Shown: one piece after another, positions 25,427 to 35,247 of the stretch
How the letters are laid out: the number at the start of each line of letters is the position of its first letter
Numbering within the stretch: position 1 is the stretch's first letter
Assembly (NCBI GenBank): GCA_035695985.1
Contig: DASRRB010000037.1
Coordinates: 1-46,647 of the forward strand
DNA from: Planctomycetota bacterium
GTDB lineage: Bacteria > Planctomycetota > B15-G4 > SIAN01
Direction of reading: 5' to 3'
Length of the DNA: 46,647 nucleotides
Translations under genes and position numbers: made by a program
Notes under the pieces: generated by a model
The model's database searches: none
Told to the model about the DNA's origin: nothing
Seen by the model: the letters and a program-made list of their open reading frames with translations, nothing else

Positions 25427-26953
25427 TCAGGTGCCGCGCGAGCGGCGCGTCCACCCCGCGAGCAGCACGCCCGCCGCCGTCCAGCCGGCGAAGCCCGCGA
25501 CCTGCATCAGGGGATTCGGCTCGAGCGCGATCAGGTACCCGAGGAGGAGACAGACGCCGAGCCCTGCGATCGGCAGGAGCCGCCGCGCGAGCAGGCGGCG
25601 CAGCGCGCTCGCGACCTCGCCTCTTGGCAAGAAGAGCACGGCGAGGCAGGTCGTCGCGTATTGCACGAGCACCGCGACGTTGGAGAGCGCGGTGAGGCGG
25701 TCGAACTGCTCCGCGGCGCGGCCGCCCGCGCCGGCGACGAGACCGCCGACGGCTGCCGACGCGCAGGTGACCACGACCGCGACGACGGGCGTCCCGAACT
25801 TCGGATGGTGCGCGCCGAAGGCCTTCGGCAGCATCCCGTCGTCGGCGAGCGCGACCAGGAAGCGCGGCCCGCACAGGATCGTCACCGAAGCGAAGCCGAG
25901 GAAGCTCACGCACGCGCCGAGCGCGAGCAGCATCTCGCCCGGCCGGCCGAGCACGACGGCCGCGGCGGCGGAGAGCGGGCGCTCGGTCGCGGTCGCCACG
26001 GCCTGCAGCTGCTCGAGCGGCGCCGCGTGCGCGAGCCCGGCCGCCGCGAGCAACGCGTCGCGCGACGGCCCGACCAGCGGCCCGACGATCTGGTCGACGC
26101 CGTCGGGGCCCGCCTCGATGCGCAGCCCGAGCAGCGGCGCCGCCCCGAACGCCACGAGCTGAAGCCCGCAGTAGAGCGCCGCCGTGAGCAGCAGCGCGCC
26201 GGTCACCGCGAGCGGGACGTCGCGGCGCGGATTCGAGAGCTCGCCGGCCGGCACCGGCACGACCTCGAAGCCCTGCAGGGGATAGAAGGCCGCGAAGAGC
26301 GCGCTGCCGAACGCGCGGCCGAACGCCGGATGCGCGAGGTCGGGCAGGAGCGACGCGTGGGCGGCGCCGCCGTCCGCCGCCGGCGCGTGCAGCAGGTGCC
26401 ACCCGCCCGCGACCGCCAGCAGCGCGAGCGGAAGAACCTTCGCGACCGTGAGGAAGGTCGCCGTCCCGGCCGCCGGCTTCACGCCGATGCAGTTGACCAT
26501 GCAGAAGAAGGCGAGCGTCGCGAGCCCGATCGCGATCGCCGGCACCGGCGCGGTCGCGCCGGGCACGAAGAGGCCGATCTGCCCGGGCAGCGTCGTCGTC
26601 ACCGCCGCCGCCGCCGCCCACATCGAGATCCAGGCGGTCCACGCCACGATGAAGGCGGCCCAGCGGCCGAGCGCGCGCTTCGCATAGAGGTAGGGCCCGC
26701 CCGTCTCGGAGTGGCGCGCCGACATCGTCGAGTAGCAGAGCGCGACCGCCGTCAGCAGCAGCGCGTCGACCGCGAAGCCGAGCCAGGAGGCGCCGCCGAG
26801 CTGGTGCGCGAGCAGGGCCGGCTTCTGGTAGATGCCCGACCCGACGATGTTGTTGACGCCGATGCAGAGGACGGTGAAGAGGCCGAGCTTGCGCGAAAGG
26901 TCACCGCGTCGCTCGCCGCGCGGGTCGCCGTTCGTCGTCGACGCCTGCGCCAA
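25427..26953 (-). CDS. APC-superfamily amino acid permease
   Basis: TTG start with GGAG about 9 nt upstream. Motifs present: LGLFTVLCIGVNNIVGSGIY, GGPYLYAKRALG. It has about 12 hydrophobic segments. Confidence 0.9.
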   Translation of the reverse strand: MAQASTTNGDPRGERRGDLSRKLGLFTVLCIGVNNIVGSGIYQKPALLAHQLGGASWLGFAVDALLLTAVALCYSTMSARHSETGGPYLYAKRALGRWAAFIVAWTAWISMWAAAAAVTTTLPGQIGLFVPGATAPVPAIAIGLATLAFFCMVNCIGVKPAAGTATFLTVAKVLPLALLAVAGGWHLLHAPAADGGAAHASLLPDLAHPAFGRAFGSALFAAFYPLQGFEVVPVPAGELSNPRRDVPLAVTGALLLTAALYCGLQLVAFGAAPLLGLRIEAGPDGVDQIVGPLVGPSRDALLAAAGLAHAAPLEQLQAVATATERPLSAAAAVVLGRPGEMLLALGACVSFLGFASVTILCGPRFLVALADDGMLPKAFGAHHPKFGTPVVAVVVTCASAAVGGLVAGAGGRAAEQFDRLTALSNVAVLVQYATTCLAVLFLPRGEVASALRRLLARRLLPIAGLGVCLLLGYLIALEPNPLMQVAGFAGWTAAGVLLAGWTRRSRGT

Positions 26954-26969
26954 GCGGGGGCTCCGTCGG

Positions 26970-27650
26970 TCAGGGGCGATCGCGCGGGGCCTCGGCCTCG
27001 CCGCCCGCGAGCGGGGCGGACGACGGCGCGGGCGCGCTCTTCATGTGGCGGTGGACGAAGAAGTAGTAGAGCGCCCCGATCGCCAGCATCAGACCGCCGC
27101 ACCAGATCGAGAGCGTGTGCGTCATGTTCTCCGTCTGGTGCAGGTCCTCGCCCATCTTGACGCCGACCCAGCACAGCACCGCGCACCACACGGCGGAACC
27201 CAGCAGCGTGAACAGCGAGAACTTGCGGTAGTCCATCCGCACGATGCCCGCCGGGATCCCGATCAGGTGGCGCACGACCGGCAGCAGGCGCGAGATGAAG
27301 ATGCCCATGGAGCCGTAGTGCGACGCCCAGCGCTCCGCGCCCTCGACCTTGGCCGGCGAGATCAGGACGTACTTCCCGTAGCGCAGCGCGAGCGGCCGCC
27401 CCGCGAGCCGCGCGACCCAGTACATGAGCGTCGCGCCCAACCACGATCCGATCGTGCCCGCGAGGACGATCCCCCAGAGCGTCATGCCGCCCTTGGTGTG
27501 CGCGAGGTGGGCCGCCGGAGGGATCACCAGCTCGCTCGGGATCGGGAGCACGGTGCTCTCGATCATCATCAGCAGTCCGACGAGCCGCAGGCCGCCGGTC
27601 TCGAGCGAACGCAGATACCAATCGAGCAGCGGCTTCAGGAGCTCCTGCAC
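26970..27650 (-). CDS. DedA (SNARE-associated) family membrane protein
   Basis: GTG start 16 nt after the S46 stop. Motifs present: ESTVLPIPSELVIPPAA, FISRLLPVVRHLIGIPAGI. Confidence 0.9.
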   Translation of the reverse strand: MQELLKPLLDWYLRSLETGGLRLVGLLMMIESTVLPIPSELVIPPAAHLAHTKGGMTLWGIVLAGTIGSWLGATLMYWVARLAGRPLALRYGKYVLISPAKVEGAERWASHYGSMGIFISRLLPVVRHLIGIPAGIVRMDYRKFSLFTLLGSAVWCAVLCWVGVKMGEDLHQTENMTHTLSIWCGGLMLAIGALYYFFVHRHMKSAPAPSSAPLAGGEAEAPRDRP

Positions 27651-27666
27651 TTGGGCGGTCCCGCGC

Positions 27667-29754
27667 CTACTTGCCGAGCAGCTCGTCGACCATCGGGCCG
27701 GCCTCGTAGACGTTGCGCAGCGCCATCAGGATGCCGGCCGAGTGGACCGCCACCGCTCGGGCCTGCACCTCGTCGTAGACGAAGCGGTTCGACAGGCTCT
27801 GGATGTTGCCGTCGAAGATGATCCCGACCAGGCGGCCGTCGCGGCCGATGACCGGGCTGCCCGAGTTGCCGCCGATGATGTCGGTGGTGCAGACGAAGTT
27901 GAACGGCGTGTCGAGCGCGACCGCGGACCGCTTGTCGAGCCAGCGCTTGGGCAGCTCGTAGGGGTACTTGTTGTCGAACGACGCGCTGTGCTCGTAGAGG
28001 CCGTTGAAGGTCGTCTTCCACGGGATCGTCGCGGTGAGCTGCTCGAAGCCCTTCACCACGCCGTAGCTGAGGCGCAGCGTGAAGGTCGCGTCGGGCGGCT
28101 GCGACTTGCCGTACGCCTTGAAGCGGGCGCGCGCGATCTTCTCGCCGTTCTGCGACTCGACGCTCTCCACGTCCTCCTCGAAGCGCTTGCGCAGCTCGCG
28201 CAGGATCGGGTCGACGGTGCGCGCCAGCACGATCAGGGTGTCGGTCGAGGCGTCGATCGCCGCCTTGCCGCCCTCGAACAACTTCTTGCGCTCTTCGGGA
28301 TCGGCGAGCTTCGTGCCCGCGAGCGCCGCCTTCGCCGCCTCGGCCGGCGCCTTGCCGCCGAGCGCCGCCTTGATGAACGGGTCCTCCGCGCCGAGCTCCT
28401 TCGCTGCCAGCTCGAAGGTGGTCGCGAGCACGACCTCGTCCATGTCGAGGTGGATCGGCGCGGTGCTGAAGAGGCCGAGCTTCAGCGACTCGAGCCCGGC
28501 GTCGGAGTACTCGGGGAGGCGCTCGCCGTTCGGCTTGGGCAGCTCCGTCGCGAGACGCACCAGCTGCAGCGCCTTGCCGGCCGAGTCGCCCCGCAGGCTC
28601 GACCAGTAGAGGCGGGTGGTGTACTCGGCGAGCTTCTGGTACGCCCCGGCGATCGCGTCGAGCGCGCCCTGGTACTCGGCGAGCGCGGCCGCGTCGGCGG
28701 CGAGGCTCGCCTTCAGGCGCTTCTCCTCGTCGGCCTTGCGCGCCAGGATGCGCGGGTCTTCCAGGCCGCCGAGGTAGCCGGTGGTCGCCTTCTGGGAGTT
28801 GCTCATCCCGAAGATGACGTCCTTGGCGCGCCGCTTCTCCTCGGCGCCGCGCGCCGAGTACTTCTCGAGCGCGCCGATCAGCGCGGTGAGGAGCTTCAGG
28901 CTGCGCGGGTACTGCGTCGTGCGCAGGAAGTCCATCTGCGCGAAGGTGTTCATGCGGCCGGTCGAGCCGGGGTGGCCCGAGACGAAGACGAGGTCGCCCT
29001 CCTTGCAGCCCTCCGGATTCCAGGAGAGGAACTGCTTGGGCTGGTAGGGCTTGCCGTCCTCGTAGACCCGGAAGAAGGTGACGTCGAGGTCCCAGCGCGG
29101 GAAGGTGAAGTTGTCGGGGTCGCCGCCGTAGAAGGCCGTCTCCTGCTCGGGGCAGAGCACGAGGCGGATGTCGGTGAACTTCTTGTACCGGTAGAGGTGG
29201 TACTCGCCGCCGCGGTAGAGCGTGACGACGTCGCAGCGCAGCCCCGTCTTCTCGGTCTCCTCCTTCGCGATCTTGGCGATCTCGGCCTTGCGCGCGGCAT
29301 TGGCGGCGGCGCCGGTCATGTCGGGCTTGATCGCGCCCGTGACGCGCGCCGTCACGTCGTCGATCGACACGAGCATGTTGAGCTCGAGGTCGGGGCACTT
29401 GGGCTCGCTGCCCGGCGCGCCGGCGTAGAAGCCGTTCTTCACCAGGTCCTTCTCGGGCGTGGAGAGCTTCTGGATCGACTCGAGCCCGACGTGGTGGTTG
29501 GTCATCACCAGGCCGTTCGCCGACACGAACGAACCCGAGCCGCCCGACATGAAGCGCACCGACGACAGGCGCACGTGGTCGAACCACGCCGAGTCGGGCG
29601 TGAAGCCGTAGACCTCCTTCAGCTTCTGGACCGGCGGGTTGTCGAAGGTCCACATGCCTTCGTCGGCGCGGGCGCTGCGGGCGGGAAGGAGGCCGAGCGC
29701 GAGCAAGAGCGCGAGTGGCGAGATGCGCGACGACGCACGAGCGAGACGGTTCAT
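27667..29754 (-). CDS. S46 family serine dipeptidyl-peptidase (DPP7/DPP11-like), secreted
   Basis: ATG 29754 gives a signal peptide. The mature N-terminus ADEGMW is characteristic of S46. Also present: TNHHV (His) and GGNSGSPV (Ser). Confidence 0.9.
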   Translation of the reverse strand: MNRLARASSRISPLALLLALGLLPARSARADEGMWTFDNPPVQKLKEVYGFTPDSAWFDHVRLSSVRFMSGGSGSFVSANGLVMTNHHVGLESIQKLSTPEKDLVKNGFYAGAPGSEPKCPDLELNMLVSIDDVTARVTGAIKPDMTGAAANAARKAEIAKIAKEETEKTGLRCDVVTLYRGGEYHLYRYKKFTDIRLVLCPEQETAFYGGDPDNFTFPRWDLDVTFFRVYEDGKPYQPKQFLSWNPEGCKEGDLVFVSGHPGSTGRMNTFAQMDFLRTTQYPRSLKLLTALIGALEKYSARGAEEKRRAKDVIFGMSNSQKATTGYLGGLEDPRILARKADEEKRLKASLAADAAALAEYQGALDAIAGAYQKLAEYTTRLYWSSLRGDSAGKALQLVRLATELPKPNGERLPEYSDAGLESLKLGLFSTAPIHLDMDEVVLATTFELAAKELGAEDPFIKAALGGKAPAEAAKAALAGTKLADPEERKKLFEGGKAAIDASTDTLIVLARTVDPILRELRKRFEEDVESVESQNGEKIARARFKAYGKSQPPDATFTLRLSYGVVKGFEQLTATIPWKTTFNGLYEHSASFDNKYPYELPKRWLDKRSAVALDTPFNFVCTTDIIGGNSGSPVIGRDGRLVGIIFDGNIQSLSNRFVYDEVQARAVAVHSAGILMALRNVYEAGPMVDELLGK

Positions 29755-29972
29755 CGGATCGATTCCTTCCTGCGGGACGGCCCAACGGTCCAGGCGCGAG
29801 GGGGGTGAGGCGCCTGCGGGGGGCGCAGACATTACTCGCGGGCGCGACGGGGTGAAAACCCGGACCCGGCGGCCGCTCCGGACGTCTATGCGGCGTCGCG
29901 CCGCCTCCCGATAATCGCCCGGCTCGAATGCCGGCGCGCCGCGCCGCCGGGCTCCGTGCCGGAGAGTCGTCG

Positions 29973-32504
29973 ATGCGTCGCCCGTTCCTCGGCGGATGCG
30001 CCTTCGCCCTGCTCTCGCTCACCGCGCGGGCGCAGACGCCGACCGTCTACATCGCCTGCGACGACCACACCGACTACTTCTGGACGGCCGACGACGTCGC
30101 CTACCGCAAGGCGTTCCTGCGCACGCTCGACTACTTCCTCGACCAGATCGACAAGACGGCGGACGACCCGCCCGATTTCCAGGCGCGCTACGCGTGCGAC
30201 GGTGCGCTGTGGCTGTGGGAGTACGAGCGCCACCGGCCGCACTCCGACTTCCTGCGCCTGGTCGCACGCATGAAGGACGGGCACGTCAGCGCGCCGATGA
30301 CCGCCGCCGTCTCGTGCTACGGCGGGATGCCGGTCGAGGCGGCGTTGCGCGGCATGTACTACGCCGGCCGGCTCGAGCGGCGCTTCGGGCTGCGCTTCGA
30401 CCTCGCGGTCGCGATGGAGAACCAGACGCTCCCGTACGGGCTCGCGTCGGTATGGGCCGGCGCGGGCGCGCGCTACTCGTGGCGGGGCATCTGCGACTGC
30501 GCGACGAAAGTGCCCGACGCGTGGGACCGCGAGCACGACGCCTACTGGGCGCAGGGCCCCGACGGCGCGCGCGTCCTCATGAAGTGGAACTCGATGCTGG
30601 TCAGCAACGAGGCGATGGGGGGCTACGCCGAGGCACGCGACCCCTTCGCGATCGTCGACTACGTGACGGGCGATCCCGCCTTCAAGCAGCGCTGGCCCTA
30701 CTCCGTGATCGGCGCGTTCGGCAAGGGCTGGGACGACTACATGACGCTGACCGCCGACTTCCCGAAGGCGGCGAAGGCGAAGAGCGACGCGACCCGTCGC
30801 GTCGTCGTGAGCAACGAGCTCGACTTCTTCCGCGACTTCGAAACGCGCTACGGCGCCGGCCTGCCGACGGTCGCGACGAGCTTCGGCAACGAGTGGGACC
30901 TTCTCTGCGCGACGATGGCGGAGGTGTCGGCGTCGGTGCGCCGCTCGCTCGCGACGTTGCGCAGCGCCGAGGCGCTCGCGGCCATCGCTTGCATCCACAA
31001 CCCCGACTTCATGAAGGGGCGTTTCGCCGCGCGCGACCAGGCCTTCATGGACCTCGGCCTCTACTGGGAGCACGACTGGACCGCGAACGGCCCCGTGCCC
31101 GCGAGCGCGCGCGCCGCGTGGCAGCGCCAGCTCGCGGCCGAGATCGCCGCCTACGCCGACGGCCTGCTCGCCGACGCGGCGGCGGCGCTCGGGCGGCACG
31201 TCGCCCTGGCCGGCGCGAACCCGCGTTTCGCCGTCTTCAACCCGCTCTCCTTCGAGCGCGACGACGTCGCCGACCTGCCCTACGTCCCGACCGCCGCGGT
31301 CCATGTCGTCGACGTGGCGAGCGGCCACGAGGTCCCCGTGCAGCTCTTCACCCTGAACGGCGCGAAGCAGCTGCGCATCCTCGCGAAGGACGTCCCGGCG
31401 GTCGGCTACCGCGTCTACGAGGTCGTGCCGGGCGCGGGGAAGACGTACACGCCGGCCGCGACGGTGAACGGCGGCGTGATCGACAACGGCGTCTGCAAGG
31501 TGACGCTCGCGTCCGACGGAGCGATCGCGAGCTTCGTCGACCTGCGTCACGGCGGCCGCGAGCTCGTCGACGTCGGCGCCGGGCTGCGGCTCGACGACCT
31601 CGGCGGCAACGGCTCGGGGTCGCTGAAGAAGGAGAACGCGGGGCCGGCTTCCGTCACGCTGGTCGCGACGTCGAACTCTCCGCTGAAGCACGCGACGCGC
31701 GTCACGCTCGTGCGCGACTCCGACGTCGTCCGCATCGAGAACGAGATCCAGCAGAACTTCGGCAACGTGCAGACGTGGACGTTCGGCTTCGACCTGCCCG
31801 GGCCCGACACGCGTCACGAAGAGGTCGGCGCGATCGCCGCGGCCCACCTGCAGTCGGCCGGCGGCGTCTACTCCGAGCGCAACGCCCGCTACGACTGGCT
31901 CACGCTCGGGCACTTCGCCGACATGACGAGCGCGCGCAACGGGATCGGCTGCACCCTCGCCAACCTCGACTGCTCCTTCTTCCAACTCGGCCGCAGCGAC
32001 GTGGGGCGCCTCGACGATCTCACACCGCGGATCACCGTGCTCGCCGGCGGCTCGATCGACGGCCTCGGCATCGTGAACCAGGACGGCGACACGACCTTCC
32101 GCCAGCGCTTCGCGCTGCGCACCCACGGCGCGTACGACCCGACCCGCGCGATGCAGACGGCGCTCGCCGCGGAGACGCCGTTCGTCGTCGCGGCCGTCAC
32201 CGGCACGCACGCGAAGCTCCCCGCCGACACCTTCGCCTTCCTCGACGTCTCCGATCCCGACGTCCTGCTCTGGGCGCTCAAGCCGGCCGAGGAGGGCGGC
32301 GACGAGGGGACGATCGTCCGCCTGTGGAACGTGAGCGAACTCCCGCAGACCGCGACGCTCCAGCTCCACCCTAAGGTGATCCAGTCGGCGACCGCGACCA
32401 CCCACCTCGAGACCGACGTCGGCTCGCTGTCGGTCGCCGCGACCGGCGTGGACGTCGACTTCGCGACGCAGCAGATCCGGACGGTCCGGCTCCGGATTCG
32501 GTAG
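29973..32504 (+). CDS. GH38-like protein with divergent active-site motifs, secreted
   Basis: ATG 29973 gives a signal peptide. The N-terminal region aligns by eye with the downstream GH38 paralogue. DDHTDYFW replaces SHTHWE, and AMENQTLPYG replaces LLDTFGHH. Confidence 0.7.
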   Translation: MRRPFLGGCAFALLSLTARAQTPTVYIACDDHTDYFWTADDVAYRKAFLRTLDYFLDQIDKTADDPPDFQARYACDGALWLWEYERHRPHSDFLRLVARMKDGHVSAPMTAAVSCYGGMPVEAALRGMYYAGRLERRFGLRFDLAVAMENQTLPYGLASVWAGAGARYSWRGICDCATKVPDAWDREHDAYWAQGPDGARVLMKWNSMLVSNEAMGGYAEARDPFAIVDYVTGDPAFKQRWPYSVIGAFGKGWDDYMTLTADFPKAAKAKSDATRRVVVSNELDFFRDFETRYGAGLPTVATSFGNEWDLLCATMAEVSASVRRSLATLRSAEALAAIACIHNPDFMKGRFAARDQAFMDLGLYWEHDWTANGPVPASARAAWQRQLAAEIAAYADGLLADAAAALGRHVALAGANPRFAVFNPLSFERDDVADLPYVPTAAVHVVDVASGHEVPVQLFTLNGAKQLRILAKDVPAVGYRVYEVVPGAGKTYTPAATVNGGVIDNGVCKVTLASDGAIASFVDLRHGGRELVDVGAGLRLDDLGGNGSGSLKKENAGPASVTLVATSNSPLKHATRVTLVRDSDVVRIENEIQQNFGNVQTWTFGFDLPGPDTRHEEVGAIAAAHLQSAGGVYSERNARYDWLTLGHFADMTSARNGIGCTLANLDCSFFQLGRSDVGRLDDLTPRITVLAGGSIDGLGIVNQDGDTTFRQRFALRTHGAYDPTRAMQTALAAETPFVVAAVTGTHAKLPADTFAFLDVSDPDVLLWALKPAEEGGDEGTIVRLWNVSELPQTATLQLHPKVIQSATATTHLETDVGSLSVAATGVDVDFATQQIRTVRLRIR

Positions 32505-32540
32505 CGTCGCGCGCCTCGGCGGGGCGGGGGAGCCCGTGGC

Positions 32541-35147
32541 ATGGCGCGACGAGGGATCCTGGCAGCGCTCGTGGGCTCGCTCGCGCTCGATTGGACGGCG
32601 AGTGCGCAGCAGGCTGCGGCGCCGGCGAAGCCGGCCGCGAAGCCGACGCTCTACTACGTTTCGCACACGCACTGGGAAGGCGCGGTCTTCTTCACGCGCG
32701 AGGAGTACCTCGCGATCGGGCTGCCGCACATCGTCGCGGCGCTGCGGATGCTCGAGAAGTATCCCGACTACCACTTCACGCTCGACCAGGTCGCGTATGT
32801 CCGGCCGTTCCTCGAGCGATATCCCGAACAGGGCGACGCGTTCCGGCGGTTCGTGAAGGAGGGGCGGCTGCACATCGTGGGCGGGATGGACGTGATGCCC
32901 GACGACGTGAAGCCGGGCGGCGAGACGTTCGTGCGGCAGATGGCGTACGGCAAGCGCTGGTGCCGCGACGCGCTCGGCGTCGACGTGAAGGTCGCGTGGC
33001 TGCTCGACACGTTCGGCCACCATCCGCAGCTGCCGCAGCTGCTGGCGGGCGCGGGCTTCGACTCGTTCTGGTTCTGCCGCGGCGTGCCGCAGGACGACCT
33101 GCCGTCGGAGTTCCTCTGGCAGGGGATCGACGGCACGAAGATCCCCGCGTTCTGGATCCCCGGTTTCTACGGGCTGTTCTACGGGCCGCCGCGCGACGAC
33201 GCAGGCTTCGCGAGCTTCTTCCAGCAGCGATTCGACGCGTTGACCTCGCACGTGCACGGACCCGAGCGCGTCGGCCTCGCGGGCGTCGACGTCTGTCCGC
33301 CGGAAGAGGACCTGACGCCGCTCATCCATCGCTTCAACGCGAGAAGCGACGCGCCGTTCGAGATCCGGCAGGCGGGGCCGGAGGAGTTCGCGGCGGTCGT
33401 CGCGAAACGCAGCGACCGGCCGACGTTCTCGTTCGACCTGAACCCGATCTTCCTGGGCACCTACAGCAACCGCATCGAGCTCCATCAGGAGCGGCGCGCG
33501 CTCGAATCGCTCCTGCTGCGCGCGGAGTCCCTCGCCGCGACGGCCGCGCAGCTCGGCACGCCACCGCGTGACGGCGACTTCGAGCGCGCGTGGGAGCCGC
33601 TGCTGTTCAATCAGACGCACGACCTCGCGTCGGGGGTGATGACCGACCCGGTCTACGACGACACGCGCCGGAGCGACGCCTTCGTGCGGCGGCTCGGCGA
33701 GGAGCTTGGTGACGACGCCTTCGCGCGCGTCGCCGAACGGATCGACACGCGCGGCGACGGCGTGCCGGTCGTCGTCTGGAACGAGTGCTCGTGGCCGCGC
33801 AGCGACGTCGTGACGGTCGACGTCGCCGCGCCGCCGGGCGCCGCTTCGATGGAGGTCGTCGACGCGGACGGGCGCGCGCTCGCGACGCAGCTCGACGGCG
33901 TGGTGCGCCTCGCCGACGGCGCGCTCGCGCAGGCGCGCGTCTCGTTCCTGGCCCATGACGTCCCGCCGCTCGGCTGGGCGACGTTCCACGTGCGCGCGGT
34001 CGCGCCAGAGCCGGGCGCGGAGTCGGGGGCGGCGCCGCCTTCACCCGACTCGGACGACGAGGTCCTCGAGAACGAGTTCTTCCGCGTCGTCGTCGACCGC
34101 ACGACCGGCGCGCTGACGAGCCTGCGCGAGCACGGCTCCGACCGTGAGCTCCTCGCCGCGCCCGGAAACGTCGTCGCGCGCTCGCCCGACGACGGCGACT
34201 CGTGGGAGATCGGCCGCCCGCTCGACGGCGGCATGTACATCGCCTCGAAGGAGCGCCGGCCCGTCCCTTCCGTCGCGACCGCGCTCATGAGCTCCATGCT
34301 CAATGGCAAGCCCGCGTCGATCGCGCGCGGCGCCGTCTTCTCCGAGTTGCGCGTCGCGGACCACTACGGCGGCGGCGAATTCGCGACGCGCATCCGCGTC
34401 GCCGCCGGCGTCCCGCGCGTCGATGTCGAGACGACGCTCGTCAACCGCGAGAAGCACGTGCGCTACCAGGCGCTGTTCCCGACGACGATTGCTGCGGGAC
34501 GGCGCATCGACGAGATCCCGTTCGGCTCGCTCGAGCGGCCCGCCGGCGTCGAATTCCCGGTCCAACACTGGATCGACTGGAGCGACGAGCGCGGCGGCGT
34601 CGCGCTCCTGAACCGCGGCCTGCCCGGCAACGTCGTGACCGACGGCGTCGTGATGGTCTCGCTCCTGCGCGCGGTCGACCTGCGCGGCTACAACGAGGGC
34701 CGCTCGTCCGAGACCGGCTTCGAGCTGAACGTCCCGCGGACCCTCGCCTACTCGGTCGTACCGCACCCCGCCGATGTGCGCCGCTCCGACCTCGTCCGGC
34801 GCGGACTCGAATTGAACCGTCCGCTCTTGGCACGCAAGTTCGCGGCGCACGCCGGGAGCCTTCCGGCACGCCGGTCCGGGCTCGACGTCTCGTCGCCGGA
34901 CGTCGTCGTGACCGCGTTCAAACCCGGCAAGGACGGCACGACGATCCTCCGCCTCTACGAATCCTCGGGCCTTCCCGCGCCGCACGTGACGCTGCGCTTC
35001 GCCGCGAAGATCACCGACGCGGCGCGCGCCGACCTGCTCGAGGACGCGACGGCGCCGCTCTCCCCCGACGGCGCGACGCTCACCCTCGACCTGCGCCCCT
35101 TCGAGATCGCGACGCTGCGCGTCCGCCTCGCGCCGTTCGCCCATTGA
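32541..35147 (+). CDS. Glycoside hydrolase family 38 (alpha-mannosidase-like), secreted
   Basis: Signal peptide present. Motifs present: YYVSHTHWEGAVFF, GRLHIVGGMDVMPDDVKPGGETFVRQ, AWLLDTFGHHPQLPQLL (the D-x-FGH nucleophile block). Confidence 0.85.
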   Translation: MARRGILAALVGSLALDWTASAQQAAAPAKPAAKPTLYYVSHTHWEGAVFFTREEYLAIGLPHIVAALRMLEKYPDYHFTLDQVAYVRPFLERYPEQGDAFRRFVKEGRLHIVGGMDVMPDDVKPGGETFVRQMAYGKRWCRDALGVDVKVAWLLDTFGHHPQLPQLLAGAGFDSFWFCRGVPQDDLPSEFLWQGIDGTKIPAFWIPGFYGLFYGPPRDDAGFASFFQQRFDALTSHVHGPERVGLAGVDVCPPEEDLTPLIHRFNARSDAPFEIRQAGPEEFAAVVAKRSDRPTFSFDLNPIFLGTYSNRIELHQERRALESLLLRAESLAATAAQLGTPPRDGDFERAWEPLLFNQTHDLASGVMTDPVYDDTRRSDAFVRRLGEELGDDAFARVAERIDTRGDGVPVVVWNECSWPRSDVVTVDVAAPPGAASMEVVDADGRALATQLDGVVRLADGALAQARVSFLAHDVPPLGWATFHVRAVAPEPGAESGAAPPSPDSDDEVLENEFFRVVVDRTTGALTSLREHGSDRELLAAPGNVVARSPDDGDSWEIGRPLDGGMYIASKERRPVPSVATALMSSMLNGKPASIARGAVFSELRVADHYGGGEFATRIRVAAGVPRVDVETTLVNREKHVRYQALFPTTIAAGRRIDEIPFGSLERPAGVEFPVQHWIDWSDERGGVALLNRGLPGNVVTDGVVMVSLLRAVDLRGYNEGRSSETGFELNVPRTLAYSVVPHPADVRRSDLVRRGLELNRPLLARKFAAHAGSLPARRSGLDVSSPDVVVTAFKPGKDGTTILRLYESSGLPAPHVTLRFAAKITDAARADLLEDATAPLSPDGATLTLDLRPFEIATLRVRLAPFAH

Positions 35148-35247
35148 TCGGTCGGCCGCCCGAGCGCTGCAATTGGACGAAACCGTCCTGCGACCGCACC
35201 CGTAGTACCGCGCGCCGCCGCCCCTCTTCGTCGAGACAGGACCTGCC

